Source of the DNA: a virus | Lineage: Duplodnaviria; Caudoviricetes | Virus record (IMG/VR): IMGVR_UViG_3300023048_000002 | Span: 64,001-128,000 of that record | DNA length: 64,000 bases | Direction: 5' to 3' (one strand) | Shown here: positions 29,762 to 39,648 of the stretch, piece after piece | Position numbering within the stretch: the stretch's first letter is position 1 | How the letters are laid out: each line of letters begins with the position of its first letter | Translations under genes and position numbers: made by a program | The notes under the pieces: generated by a model | Seen by the model: only the letters and a program-made list of their open reading frames with translations | What the model was told of the DNA's origin: nothing | The model's database searches: none

Positions 29762-31489
29762 TCAATTCTTGTTCAGAATTGTATCTTCACGTCTCGGATC
29801 AGTTACAGTCGATGTATCAGGATCAGTAAAATCTTGAAGGAATGGCATAGTCTTTCTGAAAGCATAACGTTTGTCATCTTCAATAAAGAACCAAATACCT
29901 TTACGCTTTGAGAAACGATATAGCTTAGGTGCGATATCTTTACCGTTACCAAGTTTGACGTAAGTCAATCTATGGTAATCACCATTTTTAGGTTTGGCTG
30001 GGAAATCATCACCTTCCGTGAATGGGAGGCCGTTCGGAGGAAGTCCGTCCTTACTATATATGTTCTTGCTCACATTGAGCTTGTTCATGTTTAGATTAGG
30101 ATGTTTCTTACCGAATTCGATAGCTTCCGGGGAAAGTGTTCCAATATCAGCATGATCTTCACCGCGCTCTGGAACATTATCATTAGCTTTAGCTTTGATC
30201 GTATCATTGATCGGCATAATGTCCTGATACTTCTTAGATGACCCATCATTGATATCCACAAGACCACTGGAATCAATATCTTCAGTTAGCTTACCAAAGA
30301 TTTGCTGAGTTTCCTGAGACGCAATCGCTGGAACTGCTAAAAGACGAAGCATCGTTGGAATCCAATTTGCAGTGTAACTTGTAACAGCCCACGATACATC
30401 GATAATTTCCAAATATTTCTTAGCCATCGATAGTGTAGGAGTCAACTGTGCTAGTGCTGGAATTTCAACGATATCACCAATGACGAAAGGACGACCCAAG
30501 AAGGCCACCGATTGGTGGGTTGAAACTTCAATCGTATAAGTTTCAGTCTGATAAAAACCATACTTGGATGCAGCAGACTGTACATCGATTGGTGTGAAAT
30601 ATGATTTCATTTTAAGAGGCACAGTCAAATAGTCTCTGTCTCTATTTTCTAACAGAATTTTATCTTGGATGTTGTTGATGGCAGTCTTTTCATATTCCAT
30701 CATCTGGATAGCTTGGATGGTCCAATAGTCATCTGGTCCACCGTTAAATGCAACCGGACGAACTCTCCAAAATCTTGAAGGGACCGTTCTAGGAAATGAT
30801 AACGTTACAAGGCCATCACAATCCTGTGATGAGACTGCACCAGCACCATACCATTTAACTCCGTCTTCAGAATGCTCAAGACGAACCTTTGTTGCACGGT
30901 TCTGAGCATCACAACCCTGTTTAATTTTAATTAGAGAAATATCACGCTTGACTGATGTTTCAATGCCATAACGATCACGACCATTACTCAATTTAATTGG
31001 GCCAAAGTCAAAACCAATAAAAGCTTTACCAACAACAGCAGTACCGGTCTGAGCGGAACGCCACTCAGTTTTATATTTTGTGAAAGCATTAGATGCTGGG
31101 AAATTTGAAAGATTACCAGATGAGATAGCAGTGCCTGATGTGGTCAAGTCCGTTAGGGAACCTTGCTCATGAATACCAAGAAGCTTGTATACGTTTAAAA
31201 CCGCACCAGCGATGTTAAGCTGCTCATCTACATAATTATCGACCAGACATGTATCAGTGTTCTCCGTCAAGTCCCACGGGCTGCACACGTCGTTCTGTGG
31301 GCAAACGATGCCGTACTCAGTCTGCACACATCCACCACCGATATCTTCGGTTGGTGGAGTTACAGGAGTACCATCATCATTAAGATCACAATCACCGGCA
31401 GTGCTATTGTCTATTCCACAATCCTTACCGGTTTTGATTTCAGCCTCAGTATTTACTTTATTAATTTCGCACGGAATACAAGTTGCCAT
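29762..31489 (-). CDS. neck/head-closure protein (gp14-like) with discoidin insert
   Basis: EQLNIAGAVLNVYK, IQDKILLENRDRDY, GRPFVIGDIVEIP; FA58C-like ASNAF...SRFWRV. Confidence 0.6.
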   Translation of the reverse strand: MATCIPCEINKVNTEAEIKTGKDCGIDNSTAGDCDLNDDGTPVTPPTEDIGGGCVQTEYGIVCPQNDVCSPWDLTENTDTCLVDNYVDEQLNIAGAVLNVYKLLGIHEQGSLTDLTTSGTAISSGNLSNFPASNAFTKYKTEWRSAQTGTAVVGKAFIGFDFGPIKLSNGRDRYGIETSVKRDISLIKIKQGCDAQNRATKVRLEHSEDGVKWYGAGAVSSQDCDGLVTLSFPRTVPSRFWRVRPVAFNGGPDDYWTIQAIQMMEYEKTAINNIQDKILLENRDRDYLTVPLKMKSYFTPIDVQSAASKYGFYQTETYTIEVSTHQSVAFLGRPFVIGDIVEIPALAQLTPTLSMAKKYLEIIDVSWAVTSYTANWIPTMLRLLAVPAIASQETQQIFGKLTEDIDSSGLVDINDGSSKKYQDIMPINDTIKAKANDNVPERGEDHADIGTLSPEAIEFGKKHPNLNMNKLNVSKNIYSKDGLPPNGLPFTEGDDFPAKPKNGDYHRLTYVKLGNGKDIAPKLYRFSKRKGIWFFIEDDKRYAFRKTMPFLQDFTDPDTSTVTDPRREDTILNKN

Positions 31490-31492
31490 TTA

Positions 31493-34444
31493 TTATCCTA
31501 TTACAAAGTGACCACCAAGACCAACGTCCTGATAGTTCGCCATTGCTGGGTCGTTCAATTCTTCCATCAATGCCTGTCTTTCTGTGTCAGCCTGAGAAGA
31601 CAATTCTTGTGAGTTAAGTGTTGTACTACCATTTGGTCCCGGTAGAGTCTGATACTTACCTCTAACGTGTGATAGCATCATCTTGGCTTCAGCTAATGCA
31701 TATTTCTTAATCCATAGTGCAGATTCACGGCTAGTGAACAAGTCCTGTTCTGTCTTCTCAATGGTCACATCAAGAAGCATTCTTTCATGCATTGTAATTC
31801 TGCTAAACAATCTCAACTCACGGCTCTCTTCTACCCATTGGTGCATGATACGAGTAGCAAATAACTGTTCCAATTCCTTCATGTAAGAAGACATTAAGTG
31901 ATAGCTCAACATGTCAAATGTGCCAACAGTGTACAACTGCTGAAGTGCAGCTACACCAAACAAACCGTTGCCTGCAAGTCCAGCGGTGATCCAACCCGCT
32001 TTCATTCTGTGAATAACTCTTACATCTGAAATCTTGTTGAAACCAACACATTTATTGGAAAGAATATATGTCTGCTGATTTGGCTTAGCATCTAGGAAGA
32101 ACATATTTCTAGATGAACCATAACCCGAATATTTTCTAAACATTAGTAGAGCATTATCGATAGCTTCATTAATTTGTTCTTTTGTCAATTCAACCGTGAC
32201 GCTGACACTACCTAGCATATTTCTAATAGAATTATGTAAGGCTCTTCTTTCATCTGGTGAACCATCAGTACCAACGCCAAGCTGTTTGTACATTGGGCCT
32301 GCATCGATGCCATTGTTGCCTTCTACAGGATCAGCATAAAGAACTGACTGTGTTAGTTTTGCAAAGATACCATCTGCGTCTGGAACAACATAAATGCTAT
32401 GCCCACATCCATTAGCATTTGATTCGAAATGTAGGTATGGTGTGTTGTTCCAGCGTGGGTCTTTGCTTACCTGATATTTAAAACTTACAGTAGCAATAGG
32501 CTGAGAAACAATCCAGTTCGTGCCTGTCCACTGGAATAATTCATCGTTAACGGTGTCATACCATAGAGTACCGATTTGTGGCATCAATGGGTGTAGAGAG
32601 AATGGTGTTACAACCCAAGCTGTACCGTTCCATTCTTTCAACTGATTGTTCACAGTATCGAACCACATGTAGCCTACGTATACGTCGAATGGATCAGTAT
32701 CGGAAATGATTGGATGAATGATATCCCAATCCAAACCATCCCATGTGTAATATGTCTTATTTGTTTCATTATACCAAACCGTACCAACTGGTGGGCGTGT
32801 TGGATCATAAGGGAATGAAATGAATTCTCTTTCTACACAGCTATTCTTTAGGATGTATTTCAAAGTACCATCTTTAGGATTATACCAAACAACACATGGT
32901 GGTAGATTTGGTGGCTGTGAAGGATCAGCAGTTTGCTGTAGAAAATTAGCTACAATCTTCCATTCAGTGTTCACGATATCCCATACAAACAATGAATCAA
33001 CAGAAGGAGACTGATTCCACCATAGGTCATTACTACTTCTATTGATTGGATCAGTTGGGTACATAGTGTACTCAACTTCAACCCAAGCAGTGTTTAAATC
33101 ATCTCTCTTATAGAATTTCTGTGTTTCTGGATTCAACCAGTATGTGCCTGTTGCTGGGTAATTAACAGTACCGTCAGCATTAGGTTCATCATAGCGAACA
33201 TTAGTCGTTAGATTCCATTGGCCTGCTGAGAATTTATACATCTTGCCATCAGTTTCATTTAACCAGAAATCACCCACACCTAGAGTGTTAGGGTCTTTCT
33301 TTGAAATGATAGCTAAAATATCGTCAAACTTTTCAGCATCAGCATTCCACTTAGCAAGCGTACCATTAACAGTATCATACCAGTAGGTATTGCAATCAAG
33401 AATTGGAGCAAGAGAAGGGTTACGAGTCTGTATGTATAAGCATAGCTTAATCCAATGATCACCATCCCATTCGTAAACTTCAGAGCCAGTAAACCATAAT
33501 TGTCCACAAATAGGCTTAGTTGGATCATTTGCTAGCTTGACGAAAGGCTGTGGACTCCAACCACCGGTCTCATACATGTACATGATGTCATGCAATGTAT
33601 CGTACCAGTATGTTCCCTGTGGGTGTGTTGTAGGGTCAACACCAATGAATGTAACAGGCTTTGCAATATTCTTGAAACCATCATAGAAATAAAGCTTTTG
33701 ATTTACTAGGTCAACATAGTACTGGTTTGCATTCGGTGGTAGCGGTGCTGCATAAGCACCACTGATTAGTTTAAACTCTTTATTGATAGCATCAACTAAA
33801 TCACTGTAGGTCTGCGCATCCATGCCTTTAATCTTCAGGAAGTAATCCTTTGAATCAATCTGCATATGTAATGTATATGTTGTTGAAGGATCAAGTCCTG
33901 TCATGGTGTTTAATGTGATGCTTGCGATTGAATCCTGATTTGGGAACAGTAGGATGTTCTGGTAAGCATTAAAGTATTCTGTATCCTTTTCCTCAGAGCC
34001 AGTGCTGATAGAATATGCGTGGACGCCTTCACGGTGATATCTGCCTACATTATCAATAGCGTAAGCAGAGATGTAATAGAACTTGTTTGGATCGACATCC
34101 GTAACAGTTAAAGATGTAGTCTTCTTATCATGATAAAAAGTACCGACAACAAGGGCTGTACCCAATTTCGATCCAGTATGCATATCTGGATCGACAGTTG
34201 GATCATCTTCATAAATGTTGGCATTCTTTGGTGATGTTGTAATGTAGTCTGCTGGTTTAGATGAAGCAGTAATCAAGATACCATCGTATGCCTGATTATC
34301 AACCGAACAACCATTTGATGGCGATGGTATGTTCCATGATACAGTACCAGTACCATCGCCATTGCGAACGAACTTTACAGTGATTTCCTCACCTTCTTTT
34401 ACGATCTGATTTGGTGTGTCTGCGTAGTTACCGTAAATTGCCAT
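31493..34444 (-). CDS. neck protein (gp13-like) with long Trp-rich repeat extension
   Basis: C-terminal LGSVSVTVELTKEQINEAID...WIKKYALAEAK...RGKYQTLPGPNG; about 9 W(Y/F)(D/N)...W(D/N)G repeats. Confidence 0.75.
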   Translation of the reverse strand: MAIYGNYADTPNQIVKEGEEITVKFVRNGDGTGTVSWNIPSPSNGCSVDNQAYDGILITASSKPADYITTSPKNANIYEDDPTVDPDMHTGSKLGTALVVGTFYHDKKTTSLTVTDVDPNKFYYISAYAIDNVGRYHREGVHAYSISTGSEEKDTEYFNAYQNILLFPNQDSIASITLNTMTGLDPSTTYTLHMQIDSKDYFLKIKGMDAQTYSDLVDAINKEFKLISGAYAAPLPPNANQYYVDLVNQKLYFYDGFKNIAKPVTFIGVDPTTHPQGTYWYDTLHDIMYMYETGGWSPQPFVKLANDPTKPICGQLWFTGSEVYEWDGDHWIKLCLYIQTRNPSLAPILDCNTYWYDTVNGTLAKWNADAEKFDDILAIISKKDPNTLGVGDFWLNETDGKMYKFSAGQWNLTTNVRYDEPNADGTVNYPATGTYWLNPETQKFYKRDDLNTAWVEVEYTMYPTDPINRSSNDLWWNQSPSVDSLFVWDIVNTEWKIVANFLQQTADPSQPPNLPPCVVWYNPKDGTLKYILKNSCVEREFISFPYDPTRPPVGTVWYNETNKTYYTWDGLDWDIIHPIISDTDPFDVYVGYMWFDTVNNQLKEWNGTAWVVTPFSLHPLMPQIGTLWYDTVNDELFQWTGTNWIVSQPIATVSFKYQVSKDPRWNNTPYLHFESNANGCGHSIYVVPDADGIFAKLTQSVLYADPVEGNNGIDAGPMYKQLGVGTDGSPDERRALHNSIRNMLGSVSVTVELTKEQINEAIDNALLMFRKYSGYGSSRNMFFLDAKPNQQTYILSNKCVGFNKISDVRVIHRMKAGWITAGLAGNGLFGVAALQQLYTVGTFDMLSYHLMSSYMKELEQLFATRIMHQWVEESRELRLFSRITMHERMLLDVTIEKTEQDLFTSRESALWIKKYALAEAKMMLSHVRGKYQTLPGPNGSTTLNSQELSSQADTERQALMEELNDPAMANYQDVGLGGHFVIG

Positions 34445-34445
34445 A

Positions 34446-35117
34446 TTATTCCTCGATTACATTACCGTTGTAAATCTTACCTGAAACTTCACCATTCAAT
34501 TCTTTAATAGTTTTCTCAGCATCAGAGATGGTGATAACTAATAGTAGATTCAAAACGTGAAACAAGGTGTTTGTTCTTTCTGTGTTTGAACTGAACATGG
34601 CAGAGTTGCCGATGGACATGATATTCTCGTACAAGAATTCAAGAGTAGACTGATGCCACTTAGAAAACTTGACAATAACAATATCAGGAACACCATTAGC
34701 CTTACAGATAGTGTTGAATGAAAAGATGATTTCGTTAAACTTCTTCACCATTTCCGCACACCATCTTTCAGAACTCCATGCATCCACATCAATTTCAGAG
34801 ATATCCTGACAACCGACAACGATTGTCTTAATATAATTATTTAGGATGTCACGATACATCTGCTGTTTTACAGGCTTGTTAGGTAGGATTTCCAAGTTAG
34901 GGATTTCGATACTTAATCTGTAATTAGCATTCGCAAAGAAGGAATGATAAGCCAACTTTTTCTTCCCATCGGAAGATACGTTGGAATGTGTTGCTGTTTC
35001 TTCTTTCTTTTCACCAAACAAGTTATGCTTGAAGTAGTAAAAAAGACCGACAGCAATAATTGTGGCAAGACCAGCTACTGCGCCGTAGTCTGATATTAGC
35101 CTAATGATTAAGTCCAT
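34446..35117 (-). CDS. single-TM protein, possible T4 T-type holin
   Basis: One N-terminal TM plus soluble domain, 223 aa, near the lysozyme gene. Confidence 0.4.
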   Translation of the reverse strand: MDLIIRLISDYGAVAGLATIIAVGLFYYFKHNLFGEKKEETATHSNVSSDGKKKLAYHSFFANANYRLSIEIPNLEILPNKPVKQQMYRDILNNYIKTIVVGCQDISEIDVDAWSSERWCAEMVKKFNEIIFSFNTICKANGVPDIVIVKFSKWHQSTLEFLYENIMSIGNSAMFSSNTERTNTLFHVLNLLLVITISDAEKTIKELNGEVSGKIYNGNVIEE

Positions 35118-35177
35118 TGTTTCCTATAGTCCTGAAATTATCTTAATATTTATTTAAAAAGCCCTAGAAAGGGCTTT

Positions 35178-35504
35178 TTAAATTATTGATATTGAGGACT
35201 CGACCCATTTCTTAACTTTCGCATCATTCCAAGAAAAGTACATTACTTGATCATCATCGAAAGTAAGTATAACTTGAATGGGGGTGGGGTCGTCTTTGAT
35301 GGCATATTCCCAAAGGATTTCTAACCTATCCCTTGGTTTTAAATTGATATACTGCTTATCTTCATTATCTCTATCTTCTAATAGAGGAACCTTGCAATAC
35401 TTTGTAGCTTCATACATCTTCTTAGCTCGGGGTGCACCCTCACCAGCAAGCTTAAGTCTATTCTTAGTTTGTAAATAGTCTCTAAAAGACAAATTAACTT
35501 TCAT
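35178..35504 (-). CDS. hypothetical protein
   Basis: MKVNLSFRDYL leader; late promoter. Confidence 0.6.
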   Translation of the reverse strand: MKVNLSFRDYLQTKNRLKLAGEGAPRAKKMYEATKYCKVPLLEDRDNEDKQYINLKPRDRLEILWEYAIKDDPTPIQVILTFDDDQVMYFSWNDAKVKKWVESSISII

Positions 35505-35566
35505 GTTTAGTTCTGTTTAATTACAAATATTTATGACTTATGTTAGACCAGTGATTCAAATAGGAC

Positions 35567-36016
35567 TTAGCCCTTTCTGATCATATCGGTAATGCGTTTA
35601 GCTCTAGCAGGAGTCTGTGTAGCCCATTTACTTTTCAACATATTATCAGCAGCAGCATTCCACTGTTTAGCTTTAATTAGTTTGATTGAATTTACAAATG
35701 TTAAGTAGCTACCAATGCCCATCTGGTATACATTATCCACGATTGCCAGTTTAACATTGTCAGAATATGAATCAAAATCTGGATAAACAGACTTGGCATC
35801 ATTAACCGCAGAATTGAATCGCTTAGCAAACTCATCCATTACCTGTGCATCAGTCCAGCAAAGATTCTTATACTTATTCCAATCTTCAGGCTTTGTACTC
35901 TTGATTAGCAAACAACCAATACCAATGGTCGGATAACCAAGATGATCTTTGTAAGCACACTTATCATAACCTTCTTCAGATTTAAAGTGATCGATTATTT
36001 GTTGAGTTAGTTGCAT
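35567..36016 (-). CDS. T4-type lysozyme (GH24)
   Basis: EEGY..AYKDHLGYPTIGIG...KWATQTPARAKR. Confidence 0.9.
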   Translation of the reverse strand: MQLTQQIIDHFKSEEGYDKCAYKDHLGYPTIGIGCLLIKSTKPEDWNKYKNLCWTDAQVMDEFAKRFNSAVNDAKSVYPDFDSYSDNVKLAIVDNVYQMGIGSYLTFVNSIKLIKAKQWNAAADNMLKSKWATQTPARAKRITDMIRKG

Positions 36017-36055
36017 GATAGTTTTCTCATTTCGTAATTATTTATCACATAAAGA

Positions 36056-36085
36056 AAAACCCCTAGATTTCTCTAGGGGTTTTTT
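36056..36085 (-). terminator. terminator after the major capsid gene
   Basis: AAAACCCCTAGA/TCTAGGGGTTTT stem. Confidence 0.85.
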
Positions 36086-36107
36086 ATGTTGCTCTAAAAC
36101 TTGTCTA

Positions 36108-37517
36108 TTAAACGAAGTCTAGGTTTACTACGTTGATCTTACCGTAGTAGTCAGCGCTGTTACCCAAGGATGTACGAGTGTCGGTTAGGACAGTCTTAGC
36201 ATAACGGGTCATCAAGCTTACTACTGGCTGCATTGTAACAGGGTTGATGATCGTACCTGTTGACATCAATGGGATGTATGGGCAGTAGAAGTAACCTGCG
36301 TCAGTTTCACCATTGCCACCCTTGTAACCGACAAGAATCTTGTCGCTACCGGCTGGTGCGGATGTACCCGGCTGAGCCTGATTCCATAGGTAGCTATAGA
36401 CCTTGATTGTACCGTTCAATGTACCTGCCAACATTGTGTTGGTTGGTGACTTGAATGAACCTTCAACTGCTGGTGCGAATACTGACTTTGCAGCGCTCTG
36501 TAGAGCAGAAACGATCATTGGAGAAACAACAATGAAGTTACCTGCGCCACGACGTGTCTTACGTGCAATTTCATTTGCTACAGCGTTAATGGTTGGACCT
36601 AGGTTTGCTAGACGATCACCAATGAATGCTGGTGCATATGTGGTACCGGAAGTTGCAGCCAAGTCAAACACGCGAACTGTACCAGCTAGTGCTAGCAAGT
36701 CGTTGATGATTTCAGCATCGATTTCCTGAACAATTTCTGCTGAAAGACCCTTGGTGATTTCAGTTTCAATGTCAAGACCGTGCTGGCTGTTCAAGTCCTG
36801 CATAGCTTCGATGGTCCATGAAGCCTGTAGCTTACGTGAAGCAGCTTCAACAGCCTGTGATACGACTTCTAGAGTCATCTTACGACCGCCAGTGCCTTCT
36901 GCGAATGATGAGTTACCACCACGTAGAGAACCACCAACTGGATTACCGTAAAGAGTTGTACCGGTTTCATAAGTTGTTACGTTTGGATCAGAAGCCCAAC
37001 CTTCACCAGTTGCAGGGGAACCAGTGATACCAGCAGGTGCGGATGTACCGTCCTGACCAGCCCAACCGAAACCGCTTGCGCCCGGAGCCTGTGCTACACC
37101 AGTGTTACCTGAGTAGAACTGACGGATTGGCTTAGCATTACCAAAAGCTTCGTCACCAGAAACGATGTCATAACCACCGAACTGTGAACGGGTTGGATCA
37201 TGCTGCATGCTTTCTTCGTACTTATAACGTAGGGTGAAAATCTGTGATACTGGACCTGACATTGGCTGAACACCAACGATTTCGGTAGCAATTGTACCCG
37301 GAATTACACGGCGGATAAGTGGTAGAAGAGTCTTACGGAAGTTCGCAATATCACCAGCGGCAATTGAACCACCTGATGCAGTTTCGCGAAGCATGTGAGT
37401 CTTCTGGTTTTCTAGAACAGCTTCGACAATGCCGACCTTGTTCTTTGGTAGACCTTCAAGCAAAGCTGACTTTGTTTGGGTCCAATTTTCGTTTAACATT
37501 TTTAGATCTTCGGCCAT
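36108..37517 (-). CDS. 23: major capsid protein (gp23-like)
   Basis: GVQPMSGP, SRKLQASWTIEAMQDL, EIDAEII, YCPYIPL, MTRY. Confidence 0.97.
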   Translation of the reverse strand: MAEDLKMLNENWTQTKSALLEGLPKNKVGIVEAVLENQKTHMLRETASGGSIAAGDIANFRKTLLPLIRRVIPGTIATEIVGVQPMSGPVSQIFTLRYKYEESMQHDPTRSQFGGYDIVSGDEAFGNAKPIRQFYSGNTGVAQAPGASGFGWAGQDGTSAPAGITGSPATGEGWASDPNVTTYETGTTLYGNPVGGSLRGGNSSFAEGTGGRKMTLEVVSQAVEAASRKLQASWTIEAMQDLNSQHGLDIETEITKGLSAEIVQEIDAEIINDLLALAGTVRVFDLAATSGTTYAPAFIGDRLANLGPTINAVANEIARKTRRGAGNFIVVSPMIVSALQSAAKSVFAPAVEGSFKSPTNTMLAGTLNGTIKVYSYLWNQAQPGTSAPAGSDKILVGYKGGNGETDAGYFYCPYIPLMSTGTIINPVTMQPVVSLMTRYAKTVLTDTRTSLGNSADYYGKINVVNLDFV

Positions 37518-37548
37518 GAGTTATCTCCTATAGTTGCCAAATTTAAAA

Positions 37549-38478
37549 TTAATCATTAACGCCTGAAAGTACTTTCAAACGGTCAATTGCTGATGCAGGG
37601 ATGCCGGTTGGAGCTACTTCCTTAATAGATTCTGTAATTCCGGTGTCACCAGTCTTAATTACAGTTTCTTCGACAATAACGTCTTCTTTCTTGCCTTCGG
37701 CTAGTACAGGTGTTGGAACACTTTCCTTCTCCGACTTTTCACTTACTTTATGTAGAACTGTACCAATCATACGTTCATACTGTTCTTCCAACTTTTCCAC
37801 TGGAACAGTCTTTAGAATGGTTTCCATGATTTCGCGTGAACGACCCTGAAGTGGTTCTAGGACTTCGCTCAACTTCTTATCACGGGCAACTGTTGATAGA
37901 GCTACAGTTGTTTCGTTTAGTTTCTTTTCTGCATCAGCTAACTTAGCTTCTGCTTCCTTCAACTGATTCAATGTTTCATTGCTATCAGCGAAGTTTGATT
38001 CGAATGCAGTGCGGAATGATTCAAAAAGGTCCATGCCGTACTTGATCTTCTTTACTTCAACGATATCGGCTTCTAGCTCAGCGAACTCTTCCTGTAAGCA
38101 CTTGGTGTTGAATGCGTCTAGCTGATCAATTAGTTCAGCCATGTCACTCTTAAGTGTTTCAGCAAGTTCAGCCTTGGCTTCAACTAGCTTGAATGCATAT
38201 TCTGCTTCAGTGTCACGGAATGCTGCGATATCATCATGTAGAGTTTCTAGACCTTCCTGAAGAAATGCTTCAGCCTTTGAATCTAGAGCGTCGATTAGGT
38301 TTTCTTTCTCTGTCTGGAACTGTTCTGTTAATTCAGCACGAACCTTAAGAGTAGTTTCTGCTGTAGCTACAGTAATGGCTTCTTCAAGTTTGGCCTGAAG
38401 AGCTTCGGTCAATTGCTGCTTAGCTTCTTCGTTCAGAACGTCTGTCTGTTCTAGTAGCTGTTTGAATAAGTCTTCCAT
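37549..38478 (-). CDS. 22: prohead core scaffold (gp22-like)
   Basis: Acidic coiled coil upstream of the capsid gene; start MEDLF has SD AGGAG. Confidence 0.85.
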   Translation of the reverse strand: MEDLFKQLLEQTDVLNEEAKQQLTEALQAKLEEAITVATAETTLKVRAELTEQFQTEKENLIDALDSKAEAFLQEGLETLHDDIAAFRDTEAEYAFKLVEAKAELAETLKSDMAELIDQLDAFNTKCLQEEFAELEADIVEVKKIKYGMDLFESFRTAFESNFADSNETLNQLKEAEAKLADAEKKLNETTVALSTVARDKKLSEVLEPLQGRSREIMETILKTVPVEKLEEQYERMIGTVLHKVSEKSEKESVPTPVLAEGKKEDVIVEETVIKTGDTGITESIKEVAPTGIPASAIDRLKVLSGVND

Positions 38479-38576
38479 TAAGGTGCTCCTGTAAAATGAA
38501 AAATTAATTGTGTAAAATTGCAATTATTATTTATTAAGGTGCTGATAATTATTGATAAATATTTTTAGGCATTATG

Positions 38577-38589
38577 TAAGTTATTGATT
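38577..38589 (-). promoter_or_regulatory. IHF consensus site in an AT-rich divergent intergenic region
   Basis: AATCAATAACTTA matches WATCAANNNNTTR; could be chance in AT-rich DNA. Confidence 0.35.
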
Positions 38590-38681
38590 TTATTGATATT
38601 TAATTTTTAGAAATTGAATGTAAATTTTGAAAATGATTTCTAAGTTTATGATTAAATAAATAAAAAGACCAAGGAACTACT

Positions 38682-39350
38682 ATGAAAGAATTATCATTTA
38701 AAAATTATTTGATCGAAATGCCTGTCCCGGCTGATTGGGATAAAAAGAAATTAGGAGGAAGGAATTCTTTTGCCAGCCAAATTAAATATGCTAAAGAAAG
38801 AGCGCAGCAAATTGGTGCTGGTAGTTCCAGAGTTGCGTTCGTCGTTCCTTATGAAGGAAGACAGACAGTTTTAAAGATAGCTAAGAATAAAAAGGGATTG
38901 GCTCAGAACGAGCATGAGGCCGGAATGTTTTCCGACTGGTTTTTGAAGGGATTAGGAATTACTATTCCTATGATCGACTATGACGAGGACTCAATCACTC
39001 CATCATGGATTCATACGGAATTTGCGACCAAAGCGAAACCAACTGATTTCGTGAGAGCAACAGGTTTGACTATCGATAAACTTATTAAATATGCGCAGCT
39101 AGGATGTGGTAAGGTAAGACCTGCTGGCGATCAAGAAAAAGCTTGGTATCAAGAATGGCAGGAAAAGCTAGAAGAGAATGAACTAGCTAGTGGCCTAATT
39201 GATTTAATTGGTAATTATGATTTACCAGTAGGTGATTTTACACGAGTTGCTAATTGGGGGATTTATGATGGTAGTCCTGTGATTATCGACTTGGGTCTAT
39301 CACAAGACATCATGACTTCTCTGTATTCTAGAAAGCCACAAAATAGATGA
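38682..39350 (+). CDS. protein kinase-like protein
   Basis: IGAGSSRVAF, VLKIA, NEHE, GDFTRVANWG, IIDLGL. Confidence 0.75.
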   Translation: MKELSFKNYLIEMPVPADWDKKKLGGRNSFASQIKYAKERAQQIGAGSSRVAFVVPYEGRQTVLKIAKNKKGLAQNEHEAGMFSDWFLKGLGITIPMIDYDEDSITPSWIHTEFATKAKPTDFVRATGLTIDKLIKYAQLGCGKVRPAGDQEKAWYQEWQEKLEENELASGLIDLIGNYDLPVGDFTRVANWGIYDGSPVIIDLGLSQDIMTSLYSRKPQNR

Positions 39351-39354
39351 TAAT

Positions 39355-39380
39355 AAAAAAGCCCGCTTTCGCGGGCTTTT
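39355..39380. terminator. bidirectional terminator
   Basis: AAAAAA GCCCGC TTTC GCGGGC TTTT. Confidence 0.85.
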
Positions 39381-39381
39381 C

Positions 39382-39609
39382 TTAGAACGTTGTTGGTTTT
39401 GCCACTGATCTTACAAGAGCCATTAGGCCAGTTTGTAAATCTGTCTTACCGATTGACACCCAACGCTTGTCAGTATGGTCAAGAGCTAGAAGCTCATTTA
39501 CTAATTCATCCAACACTGTACCTACAGTATTCTTAATTTTATTCATGAGGTCAATGTCTTCCTGTGTAAGTTCACGGTAGCCAGTGATCTGTCTATGTTG
39601 ATTATCCAT
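39382..39609 (-). CDS. acb2: Acb2 anti-CBASS cyclic-oligonucleotide sponge
   Basis: MDNQHRQITGYRELTQEDIDLMNKIK...RWVSIGKTDLQTGLMALVRSVAKPTTF closely follows Acb2. Confidence 0.9.
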   Translation of the reverse strand: MDNQHRQITGYRELTQEDIDLMNKIKNTVGTVLDELVNELLALDHTDKRWVSIGKTDLQTGLMALVRSVAKPTTF

Positions 39610-39648
39610 AACTATTCCAATTATGGATTAAGTTTAACATGAACAAAA

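Noticed and set aside
38490-38680. Replication origin
   Set aside because: AT-rich with an IHF-like site, but no iterons or DnaA boxes; explained by divergent late promoters
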